Source of the DNA: an uncultured Christensenellaceae bacterium
GTDB taxonomy: Bacteria > Bacillota > Clostridia > Christensenellales > QAND01
DNA: 64,000 bases
Assembly (NCBI GenBank): GCA_942492795.1
Contig: OW818639.1
Span: forward strand, 1,685,358-1,749,357
Direction of reading: 5' to 3'
Positions 41,087-49,385 of the stretch are shown here, piece after piece. Numbering within the stretch: position 1 is the stretch's first letter; each line of letters begins with the position of its first letter. Made by a program: the position numbers and the translations under genes. The notes below the pieces were generated by a model. That model searched no databases, was not told the origin of the DNA, and saw only the letters and a list, made by a program, of their open reading frames with translations.

Positions 41087-41431
41087 TTAATTGTTCGCGT
41101 TGCTCTTGCGTTCCCGGTTCTTGTACCGGAAGTACAAAAGGATATCCGCACTGACGAACACAATGTTGAATACATAGAAGATCAGCACATAATTCCTGTC
41201 AAACATCAGTTTTGCGGTGATTCCAAAGACATAACCTATGAAGATGAGCATCAGAAATAGCAGGCTTTTTCCCTTGGTGCTCTTCGTACGAAGAGATTTC
41301 ATCACATTGATCGGCCAGGATATGCCAAAACAGAGTATCATTGCAGCTTCCAGAAGACTTTTCACGATTGTTCCTTCTCCCTCAAACGATTCAGCACTTT
41401 TGAACGCGGCAAAATCGCATAATAACTGCAA
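41087..41431 (-). CDS. Small hypothetical membrane protein (3 predicted TM helices)
   Basis: 114 aa, hydrophobic, with a Lys/Arg-rich C-terminal tail. No recognisable family. Confidence 0.4.
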   Translation of the reverse strand: MQLLCDFAAFKSAESFEGEGTIVKSLLEAAMILCFGISWPINVMKSLRTKSTKGKSLLFLMLIFIGYVFGITAKLMFDRNYVLIFYVFNIVFVSADILLYFRYKNRERKSNANN

Positions 41432-41593
41432 GTATAAAATTTTCGTACCGTTCTGTCAAAGGGATTCCATATAAAAGACGGTATCAAAAAACTATTTGAA
41501 AAATATATAAAAATATTTCTGAGATACCTTGACAGGCGAAGTAAATACGAATATTATATAGCTGTAAAAGCAAGACAGGAAGGAGCTGAGCAG

Positions 41594-41914
41594 GTGTCAA
41601 TCACATCGGACTTGATCCGGGGCAACACGGATACCATCATATTGGCGCAGCTGTTGGAAAAAGACAGTTACGGATACGAGATCAACAAAGTGATCGTTGA
41701 AAAATCCAAAGGAAGCTTTGAAGCAAAGGAAGCCACACTGTATTCGGCCTTTCGCAGGCTTGAGGAATCCGGGATGATCACCTCCTATTGGGGGGACGAA
41801 ACGACGGGCGCTCGGCGCAGATACTATTCCATCACCAATCTCGGACGGGCGCTGTATGATAAGAACAAACTGGACTGGCATGAGGCCAAACAGATCATAG
41901 ATCGATTGATATAG
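41594..41914 (+). CDS. PadR-family transcriptional regulator
   Basis: GTG start with RBS AAGGAG. Winged-HTH pattern ILAQLLEKDSYGYEI...TLYSAFRRLEESGMI. Confidence 0.85.
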   Translation: MSITSDLIRGNTDTIILAQLLEKDSYGYEINKVIVEKSKGSFEAKEATLYSAFRRLEESGMITSYWGDETTGARRRYYSITNLGRALYDKNKLDWHEAKQIIDRLI

Positions 41915-41920
41915 GGAGAA

Positions 41921-42595
41921 GTGAAGATGATAGAAAAACTGCGTGATCATGTTGAGGGGCTTTTCGCCGATGCACCAAAGACCAGAAAGGCGAACGAGCT
42001 TAAAGAGGAACTGTTGGCAAACCTCATCGATAAATACAACGACCTTCTTTCACAGGGAAGCACCGAATCGGACGCTTTTGTGAAGGTCAAAGCGAGCATC
42101 GGGGATATTGACGAATTGATTCGGGGATTGAAGGAGACGGATGTTATGGATTTCGGACTAACACAAAAAGAACGCAAAAAGACCGCTCTTGTCGTGTCCA
42201 TTGCCGTAGGACTGTATATGCTGGCTTTTCTGTTTTTGATCATAACGGTCGCGGCACTGAACCAGAATCCGGTGATCATGTTTGCCTGCACGGTTTTTAT
42301 CAGCGCTATCCCGACGTGCATGCTCATCTACCACTTCATGTCGCGTCCGAAGTATGAAAAGGCCGACGATACCCTGGTGGAAGAGTTCAAGCAATGGAAA
42401 TCCAAGTCCTCGCACCAACAGAAGGTCTATACGTCCATATCCTCCATTTTTATGACCTTCGTCGTGGCGATCTACCTGTTGGTGAGTTTCGTAACCGGCG
42501 CATGGGGCATAACCTGGATTATCTTCATCATTGCTGCGGCAGTCGACAAGATCATCAAGCTGCTGTTCCAGCTTAAGGAGGCCAAAGATGAATAG
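41921..42595 (+). CDS. DUF1700-like membrane protein (PadR-associated)
   Basis: Soluble N-terminal helical region, then three TM helices. The position after PadR and before a DUF4097 gene matches the conserved triad. Confidence 0.55.
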   Translation: MKMIEKLRDHVEGLFADAPKTRKANELKEELLANLIDKYNDLLSQGSTESDAFVKVKASIGDIDELIRGLKETDVMDFGLTQKERKKTALVVSIAVGLYMLAFLFLIITVAALNQNPVIMFACTVFISAIPTCMLIYHFMSRPKYEKADDTLVEEFKQWKSKSSHQQKVYTSISSIFMTFVVAIYLLVSFVTGAWGITWIIFIIAAAVDKIIKLLFQLKEAKDE

Positions 42596-43559
42596 ACGCT
42601 CCATTCTGCTGAGAATCGTACTTTTGGGGGTAGCCGTTGTGGCACTGCTGGGTGTTCTGGCGTTCGTGCTAAACCGCGGATTCTTCATAGGATCGATCCG
42701 GACGGGAGACTTGAAGCTGGTGCATGAACAGTCGGTTTCCGCCGATGGTCTGCAGAATATCGCTCTTGATTTTGGAAGCATGGAAGTTGTGGTCTTTGTC
42801 ACGGAGGAAAAAGACATACGCATCCAACAGTTTGCTTCCGGAAGCATCCAAGAGGACGAATTCTTCACTGTGGTGAATACGAACAGTACCCTCGATATTG
42901 GGCAGCGCAACATGAAGCCCTTTTTGGGACTGTTCCGGATCAATACGTATCAGATGCTCAAGCTTTATCTGCCCAAAAGCTTTACGAACAACTTGGTCAT
43001 CAGCACGAGTTCCGGCAATGTGGACTTCCAAAACGAGATCATGATGCGCAACATCAATGTCCGCATGACGTCCGGGAACTGCACAAGCGGTCAAGCGATC
43101 AATGCTTCGCAGATCACGCTCGTTGTGACATCCGGGAACATCGATTTGCCTTCGATTGTATGTCAAAACTATCAGATCAAATCGACGTCAGGCAACATCA
43201 AGATCAGATCGCTGGAAGGATCGGGATCTGTGGACGGGACATCGGGGAACATCAACCTTGGCAACTATAAAGGCGCAGGAAGCATCCACACGACATCCGG
43301 CAACATCACGGCAGAGCTTATAACGCTCACCGGCAACCTGAATGTTGGGCTTACATCCGGCGACATCCGCTTGAGCGTCGGCACCGACGCAAGCTTCAAC
43401 CTGCTGGCCTCCTGTGTTTCGGGGACAATTCGGGGCGATCTTGGAATGACTGTGACCAACAGCGGCAAAGCGGCATCGGCCAACATCGGGAGCAATCCGA
43501 CGGCTTCGCTGACGGTACAGGCGACATCGGGCGGCATCACCATCAACCGGGTAAAATAA
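42588..43559 (+). CDS. DUF4097-family putative beta-helix (adhesin-like) protein with an N-terminal TM anchor
   Basis: At least eight tandem TSGN(I/V)-type units about 22-25 aa apart. RBS AAGGAGG. ATG 42588 overlaps the upstream gene. Confidence 0.7.
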   Translation: MNRRSILLRIVLLGVAVVALLGVLAFVLNRGFFIGSIRTGDLKLVHEQSVSADGLQNIALDFGSMEVVVFVTEEKDIRIQQFASGSIQEDEFFTVVNTNSTLDIGQRNMKPFLGLFRINTYQMLKLYLPKSFTNNLVISTSSGNVDFQNEIMMRNINVRMTSGNCTSGQAINASQITLVVTSGNIDLPSIVCQNYQIKSTSGNIKIRSLEGSGSVDGTSGNINLGNYKGAGSIHTTSGNITAELITLTGNLNVGLTSGDIRLSVGTDASFNLLASCVSGTIRGDLGMTVTNSGKAASANIGSNPTASLTVQATSGGITINRVK

Positions 43560-43569
43560 ATTCGTTTCA

Positions 43570-43602
43570 GAGGCGGCACAGGAAACTTGCCGCCTTTTTT
43601 TG
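43570..43602 (+). terminator. Rho-independent terminator after the DUF4097 gene
   Basis: Stem AGGCGGCA / TGCCGCCT followed by TTTTTTTG. Confidence 0.75.
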
Positions 43603-43619
43603 TCCAAAAGTACGCGAAT

Positions 43620-44120
43620 TCAATTGATGCCGGTGATATGGTGGAAAATAGCTTCGGGGAAATATTTCCGCCAGGTGACGTTTTTGCCGTTGTATGTATG
43701 CTGGCAAACCAGAGGCTCGCCGTTGCTGTCAAAGCCGGTGATGATGGCGGAGTGTTGGATTCTGCCTTGATCGTTGCGGTATTGGATCAAATCTCCCGGT
43801 TCGACCTTGCCCTTTATGCTGCTTGCATACCCGTTGTTGTCATCAAGATAATACGTCTTTGCCCTGATGCCGAAACTGTTCCGTGCCGAGCAGGTGCGGA
43901 TATACCAGAACAGCGAATGCGCGACAGCCCAGCAAACCGAAGGGCGTCCGTCGTACCACCAGGGATGCGTACGGTTATAATCGTTTTTAGCGCCCCCTGC
44001 GCGCAGGCACTGTGAGATAAAGTTGCTGCAATCGTTGTCTTCATAATAGACATAAGCCCTGTTGGGAGAAAGAGCGTATTGCAGTGCGTAGCGGACTGCT
44101 GCATTCCGGTCATAGTTCAT
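43620..44120 (-). CDS. Putative amidase-domain protein (NlpC/P60-CHAP-like Cys peptidase superfamily)
   Basis: DCSNFISQCL places the nucleophile Cys after an N-terminal helix; downstream His-rich region (QHSAII). 166 aa with no signal peptide. Confidence 0.5.
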   Translation of the reverse strand: MNYDRNAAVRYALQYALSPNRAYVYYEDNDCSNFISQCLRAGGAKNDYNRTHPWWYDGRPSVCWAVAHSLFWYIRTCSARNSFGIRAKTYYLDDNNGYASSIKGKVEPGDLIQYRNDQGRIQHSAIITGFDSNGEPLVCQHTYNGKNVTWRKYFPEAIFHHITGIN

Positions 44121-44343
44121 ATCATCGCCTCGGTTTTATTCTATGAGTCCGGGGCGGATTTGTGACGAAGCCGAACACTGTCGCTGTCATCCACATTTGT
44201 TTGTGCTCCTGTGGGATTATCGAAGTGTGCGTGAAATACTAAAAGTGGAAGTTTGGGCAATTCTATGGTAAAGTGAAACTACAATCCAGATTGGGTTTTG
44301 TTAAAAAGGAAATACAAGAGAACCGATTGAGAAGAGGGATACA

Positions 44344-44514
44344 ATGAGTTACTCCAGAAAAAAATCGTACAATACAACGTGGGACCAACGGCAGAAGGAA
44401 TCGCAACAGGCACAAAAAGCTGTCGTTGAAAAAGCACTTTCCAAAAAGACAGACTCGGCGTCAGGCAAACCGGATTCACAGGATGGCAACGATCCCGAGA
44501 CGAAACAGCAGTAG
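44344..44514 (+). CDS. Possible small hydrophilic protein (56 aa)
   Basis: RBS GAGGG at 5 nt from the start. Highly charged K/Q/E/S-rich product. Below the ORF-track length cutoff, so speculative. Confidence 0.25.
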   Translation: MSYSRKKSYNTTWDQRQKESQQAQKAVVEKALSKKTDSASGKPDSQDGNDPETKQQ

Positions 44515-44674
44515 GCTGCAAAATCATAAAACGGCAAGCGGACAGGATTTGAAAGACCAAATCCTGTCTTTTGTATTGGCGCTAAAGATGCAAGGCACAG
44601 TTTACGGGAACTGTTTTGCATTAAACAGTTATGTTATAATGAATTCGGTATCTAAACGAAACGGAGGACAGAAG

Positions 44675-45082
44675 ATGGTGCCTGCGGATATGCAAACGTT
44701 GATCGCTCCATGCGGGATGAATTGCGCGTTGTGCTCCGGTTACCAACGGAAGAAAAACCACTGCGCGGGCTGCAATGCGCAAAGTGAAGAAAAGGTTGCC
44801 CATTGCGCTACTTGCAGCATCCGACATTGCCAGGCGCTTGCGGACGGACAAGCAGGCTTCTGCTATGCCTGCAGTCGTTATCCGTGCAGAAGGCTTAAAC
44901 AATTGGATAAACGCTATGTCACCAAATACGCAATGAGCATGCTGGAGAACCAGGCTTTTATCCGGGATATGGGGATGGATGCGTTTTTATCGGCACAAGA
45001 AGAGCAATGGACATGCAAGACATGCGGCGAATTGCTTTGCGTCCACAAAGGTGTTTGCCTTACATGCAAACCCAACGGATAA
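44675..45082 (+). CDS. DUF3795-like cysteine-rich protein
   Basis: CGMNCALCSGY...CAGCN...CATCSIRHC...CYAC...CKTCGELLC...CLTC. RBS GGAGG. The ORF track starts at 44426, but ATG 44675 is used because of the RBS. Confidence 0.55.
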   Translation: MVPADMQTLIAPCGMNCALCSGYQRKKNHCAGCNAQSEEKVAHCATCSIRHCQALADGQAGFCYACSRYPCRRLKQLDKRYVTKYAMSMLENQAFIRDMGMDAFLSAQEEQWTCKTCGELLCVHKGVCLTCKPNG

Positions 45083-45104
45083 GCCGCGAGCGTTGAGAGG
45101 CGGC

Positions 45105-45593
45105 ATGATAGGAGGGGATCATTTGGAGATCCGAAGTTTGGTTGAGCAGGATTTACAGGCGGCTCACGAGCTGGTTTGGCAGGTTTTCTCGCAATTTGAA
45201 GCACCCGAATACAGCGAAGAAGGCATCCGAACTTTTTCGGACTTTATCCAAACGCAATCGATGCGACAACGGATATTGGACGGCGAATTGGTCCTGTATG
45301 GCGCTTGGCGGCTGAACGAACTCATAGGAGTGCTTGCGGCCAAAGCGGGCGGTCATATCAGTCTGTTTTTTATACGTGCGGAATATCACCGGCAAGGGTT
45401 TGGGAAGATGTTGTTTCAACGCTATCTCAAGGATGCTGCAGCAAGCGGCACAGAAATCATTACGGTGAACTCGTCCCCCTATGCCGTTGCGGTCTATGAA
45501 AAATTGGGTTTCTCCAAAACAAGTGAAGAACAAACGATCCAGGGAATTCGGTTTGTCCCGATGAAATTCTGCATAACGAACGCGAATTTGTAA
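45105..45593 (+). CDS. GNAT-family N-acetyltransferase
   Basis: RQGFGKMLFQ acetyl-CoA-binding motif (R/Q-x-x-G-x-G/A). About 162 aa. Confidence 0.75.
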   Translation: MIGGDHLEIRSLVEQDLQAAHELVWQVFSQFEAPEYSEEGIRTFSDFIQTQSMRQRILDGELVLYGAWRLNELIGVLAAKAGGHISLFFIRAEYHRQGFGKMLFQRYLKDAAASGTEIITVNSSPYAVAVYEKLGFSKTSEEQTIQGIRFVPMKFCITNANL

Positions 45594-45620
45594 CAGGTCA
45601 AACGGTGTGATCCCTTAGCC

Positions 45621-46088
45621 TTAAATACGGCTGTAATACTTTCTTCGCACGCTTTTTGTAAAACCGTAGTCAATGATAACAATTTTGTCGTTCACCCATC
45701 CCCAGCTCGACGAACGGCAAAAATCCGCAAACACAAGATTATACGTATCACAGAGTTTTCGAATTTGCGGAACTCTGGAGAGTCCCGAATTGCTATGAAC
45801 GGAAAAGTATTTCCAAACCTCTGACATACTGCTCACGCGCTCTGCTTTCTGCATGATAAGCAATCCGAAATCCTCGGACACCTGTACGATTGGGGCAAAC
45901 AAATCGGAGTGGTTGTCGCAGGCGATTTCATACTCGGCTCTGTTTTGCGCATACCCCTTTCTGTTTTTGGCAGCTTTGACTACATAGCCATTTGAAAGAT
46001 CAAACACGTATCTGCCCGATCCCGAGCCAATATACCCGTAGCGGTTGCTTCTTGCGTTGATCAATATTTCATCCAGATCGAGTTTCAT
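45621..46088 (-). CDS. Small protein with a kinase-like Gly-rich loop/Lys signature (hypothetical)
   Basis: GYIGSGSGRYVF...GYVVKAAK resembles a GxGxxG P-loop plus a VAIK lysine, and IIDYG resembles a DFG-like motif. Only about 155 aa. RBS AGGTGG at 6 nt. Confidence 0.4.
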   Translation of the reverse strand: MKLDLDEILINARSNRYGYIGSGSGRYVFDLSNGYVVKAAKNRKGYAQNRAEYEIACDNHSDLFAPIVQVSEDFGLLIMQKAERVSSMSEVWKYFSVHSNSGLSRVPQIRKLCDTYNLVFADFCRSSSWGWVNDKIVIIDYGFTKSVRRKYYSRI

Positions 46089-46263
46089 TCCATCCACCTA
46101 ATCCGTTTGTATTCCAGTCACTCCAAACTATTAATGAGAGAAATATTTGGTGAATGGATCAATCGGCAGACGGGACTATGCATACCTGTCATGCAGGCAT
46201 CAACAACCAGAGTTCGTCATAGTTGGCAAAACGAGGGCTTGAAGCCCTCGTTTTGCCAATTGC

Positions 46264-46470
46264 TCATGGACGGCGCTTTCGCTTGCCGCCCTTTTTGTGA
46301 CAGGCTCGTTTCTCATGCTTTTCACATTTATCGTGCTTGTCACATTTTTCCTGTTCATCCGAACCAGAGCCGGTACCGCTGCAGTTGTTGCCTTTTTCAC
46401 CGCAGCAACACAGAAGCAACAGGACGGGAAGGAAACTGCCGCATCCGCCGCCTCCATTGAAAAAGCCCAT
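46264..46470 (-). CDS. Small Gly/Cys/His/Lys-rich protein (68 aa), hypothetical
   Basis: AGGAGG RBS 7 nt upstream of the ATG. Gly-rich start, a hydrophobic LPVLLLLCCCG segment, then a (K/C/H/E)-rich tail KCDKHDKCEKHEKRACHKKGGKRKRRP. Confidence 0.45.
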   Translation of the reverse strand: MGFFNGGGGCGSFLPVLLLLCCCGEKGNNCSGTGSGSDEQEKCDKHDKCEKHEKRACHKKGGKRKRRP

Positions 46471-46754
46471 TTCGACGCCTCCTATAGCCGTTGTTTCGCC
46501 ATGTAAATGGCTGGTCTATAATACGTGGATACAACACATGTTGTTCAAGGCCGTTTATAGCTTAACAGTCATAGAATAATCCCGGTCTTTGTCGGGTTGG
46601 CTCTCATGCTGCGCATGGTAAGCCGGTTGACATGGACAATTTTGGCTTAATGATTTATATTGGTGGAGAGAGACTAAAACATAACAACGTTAATATGCAT
46701 TTAAACCAATCAATAGGAAAGAATAGCTGCGGGCATAACAAACAAGGAGATACC

Positions 46755-48545
46755 ATGAAACTATACGCATCCATAAGAGACAGGATCCGACGTATAACCG
46801 ATGCCTTCGAACGCTATCCGTTGACCGTGGCGTTCTTGCTGATAGCCGTTATCCTGATGGCGATTCAGATCAATACGGACAGGGAATATTCCAATGCACT
46901 CTGGACGCTGTCGTTCGGGGCTGTGCTCTGTGCCGCAATACAGTCGGCATACGAGCGATATTTCACAAAAACCGCGACAAAGTTGCTGCTGTACGGTATC
47001 GGGATTGCGCTGACGGCGGGTTATTATCTGCTGGTACAAAAATCTGCTGAACCAGGCAGGGAAACCGAGATACGGACGCTCATCGCGATCTTTGCCCTTG
47101 TCATGGCAACGATATGGCTTCCGGTCATCAAAAGCAGTGTCAGTTTTAACGAGAGCTTTATGGCTTCGTTCAAAGCGTTTTTTCTGGCCCTGTTATTTTC
47201 CGCCGTGCTGTTCGCCGGTTGCTCGTTGATCTTTGCCGCAACGAATACGCTTATCACCCATGTGGATTCCAAAGCCTATTCGCATGCCGCCAATATCATC
47301 TTCGTGTTGTTCGCGCCTGTTCTGTTCCTCTCGCTCATTCCCGTATATCCCGGGGAAGGAATACTGCCGGACAATCAATTAAGCGCGAATAAGGTTGACC
47401 TGGAGAAGGCATCGAGGAGTCCGCGTTTTCTCGAAGTTTTGATTTCGTATGTCATCATCCCGTTAGCGGCGGTGTTTACCGTCATACTGGTCGCCTATAT
47501 CGCCATCAATATCAAAGGGCAATTCTGGACCAACAACCTTTTGGAACCCATGCTTGTCTCCTATGCCGTAAGCATTATCCTGCTGTATGTGCTTTCAAGC
47601 AGGATGGAGAACAAAGTTGCGATGCTTTTCCGCAAGGTGTTTCCGAAGATATTGATCCCGATCGTCCTGTTTCAGATTGCGGCGTCCGTATTGAACTTAC
47701 GGGATACCGGATTGACGCATGCCCGCTATCTTGTTATTCTGTTCGGGTTGTTCGCAGCTGTATCCGGCGTTGTGTTAAGCATTGTGCCCGTGCGGAAAAA
47801 CGGCATCATTGCGGCGTTGCTCATTGTGTTTTCTCTGTTTTCGATCACGCCGCCTGTCGATGCGTTTACCTTGAGCCGCATGAGCCAAACAGGCATCCTG
47901 ACGGAGACGCTTACAAAAAACAACATGCTTTCGGATAACCGCATCACGCCCAAAGCGACTATTGCGACCGGGGATAAACAAAAGATCGTTTCCTCCGTGC
48001 AATACCTCCAAGCGATGGGTTATACCGGATCGATCGGTTACCTGCCGGCCGGATTTGACTCATTCAGGGATTTCAATGCGGTCTTCGGTTTTAACGACTT
48101 TGATCTGCCCGGATCGCCATCCGGCTATATAAGCGTCATCCTCGGCCAGTCCGAACCGATCGATGTTCAAGGCTATGACGATATGGCAAGGACGTATATC
48201 GGAAGATTTAACGATCAGTTTAACGACGGGGAAGAAGCAACGATTTGTACCTTCGACTTTGACGGAAATCAGTATGTTCTGCAAAAGGACAAGACGGCAG
48301 GCAAGTATGACATCATTCTTGCGGATCAAGGGGGACAGGAACTGATACGCTTTAAAACCGATGACATCCGTGAAAGGTATAGCGCTTATACGACGGAGAA
48401 AACCGGGATGTCGGCTGCGCAAGCCGCCTTTACCCAACAGAACGATTTGGTGAAACTAACCGTCGTTGTCAACAACGCCAACATCGACTTGAACATGAAA
48501 CAGAATTATAGCGCGGATTTGTATCTGTTCGTGCAGTTCAAATAG
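46755..48545 (+). CDS. DUF4153-like polytopic membrane protein with a C-terminal extracytoplasmic domain
   Basis: About 12 TM helices over roughly 430 aa, then a soluble ~170-aa C-terminal domain. RBS AAGGAGA. ORF track start at 46632 replaced by ATG 46755. Confidence 0.55.
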   Translation: MKLYASIRDRIRRITDAFERYPLTVAFLLIAVILMAIQINTDREYSNALWTLSFGAVLCAAIQSAYERYFTKTATKLLLYGIGIALTAGYYLLVQKSAEPGRETEIRTLIAIFALVMATIWLPVIKSSVSFNESFMASFKAFFLALLFSAVLFAGCSLIFAATNTLITHVDSKAYSHAANIIFVLFAPVLFLSLIPVYPGEGILPDNQLSANKVDLEKASRSPRFLEVLISYVIIPLAAVFTVILVAYIAINIKGQFWTNNLLEPMLVSYAVSIILLYVLSSRMENKVAMLFRKVFPKILIPIVLFQIAASVLNLRDTGLTHARYLVILFGLFAAVSGVVLSIVPVRKNGIIAALLIVFSLFSITPPVDAFTLSRMSQTGILTETLTKNNMLSDNRITPKATIATGDKQKIVSSVQYLQAMGYTGSIGYLPAGFDSFRDFNAVFGFNDFDLPGSPSGYISVILGQSEPIDVQGYDDMARTYIGRFNDQFNDGEEATICTFDFDGNQYVLQKDKTAGKYDIILADQGGQELIRFKTDDIRERYSAYTTEKTGMSAAQAAFTQQNDLVKLTVVVNNANIDLNMKQNYSADLYLFVQFK

Positions 48546-48605
48546 CGAATAGCTATCACGGTATGGAGCATTCGGATGAAAAACAAAAGGGATGAAGAGG
48601 TATCC

Positions 48606-49016
48606 ATGAAAACGATCATCAGCGGCATCGTGCAACAGGGGAAACGGATGGGACGCGAGCTGGGTTTCCCAACGGCGAACATTGCGATTCCCGTTTCCGT
48701 ACAATTGCCGCAAGACGGTGTCTATATCGGTATGGTGACGCTGGAGGACGGCAGCAAGCAACCGTGTATTCTCAATCAGGGAAAGCATCCGACCCTTCCG
48801 GAGGGACAGGCGAGCATCGAAGCGCACCTTTTGGATTTTGAAGGCGACCTGTACGGGAAACGCATTTCCATTGAATACCTTCACCGGCTTCGGCCCGAGC
48901 ATAAGTTTCCGAATGTCGGAGCGCTTCGGGAACAGCTTAAAAAGGACAGGGCGGATGCACAGGCATGGTTCGCACAAAACAAATCGAGTCACGAAACCGA
49001 TGCAGCCAAACCATAA
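48606..49016 (+). CDS. Riboflavin kinase domain protein (standalone RibF C-terminal-domain-like)
   Basis: GRELGFPTANI flavokinase motif and (A)HLLDF(EG)DLYG. About 136 aa. Confidence 0.75.
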   Translation: MKTIISGIVQQGKRMGRELGFPTANIAIPVSVQLPQDGVYIGMVTLEDGSKQPCILNQGKHPTLPEGQASIEAHLLDFEGDLYGKRISIEYLHRLRPEHKFPNVGALREQLKKDRADAQAWFAQNKSSHETDAAKP

Positions 49017-49025
49017 GCACAAAGA

Positions 49026-49060
49026 AAAAGCGGTGATGAATATATCACCGCTTTTATATT
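49026..49060. terminator. Bidirectional terminator between the riboflavin kinase gene (+) and the ferredoxin gene (-)
   Basis: Stem AAGCGGTGAT / ATCACCGCTT flanked by A and T runs. Confidence 0.7.
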
Positions 49061-49068
49061 GATATGTA

Positions 49069-49260
49069 TTATTCGCCGGTATGGATGACGGAAACGGGGC
49101 AGGAATCCTCGGCATCCAAAACGCTGTCCTTCAATTCATCCGGCACAATCCCTTTGGAGACGTCAGCTTTTTCGTCTTCCGCCATGAAGAACACAAAGGG
49201 GGACAGACTGATGCAAACGCCGCAGCTGATGCATCCGTCCCTGTCGATGGTAACTTTCAT
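49069..49260 (-). CDS. Small single-cluster ferredoxin
   Basis: CISCGVC...CP motif. About 63 aa. ORF track start at 49293 trimmed to MKVTIDRDG. Confidence 0.75.
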   Translation of the reverse strand: MKVTIDRDGCISCGVCISLSPFVFFMAEDEKADVSKGIVPDELKDSVLDAEDSCPVSVIHTGE

Positions 49261-49385
49261 AGTGCGCTCTCCTTTCCCATGAGTATGCCGCATGTACGGC
49301 TTGTGCGATTATCATGTGCAAAAAGGCAAAAATATATAAGCGCTAAATGCGGCGACGTACGCTTGGAACGAAACGCCGAAAACTG

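Noticed and set aside
46297-46506. 69-aa plus-strand ORF overlapping the Cys-rich mini-protein gene on the opposite strand
   Set aside because: It has no RBS. The minus-strand frame has a perfect AGGAGG at ideal spacing, so the minus-strand reading is preferred.
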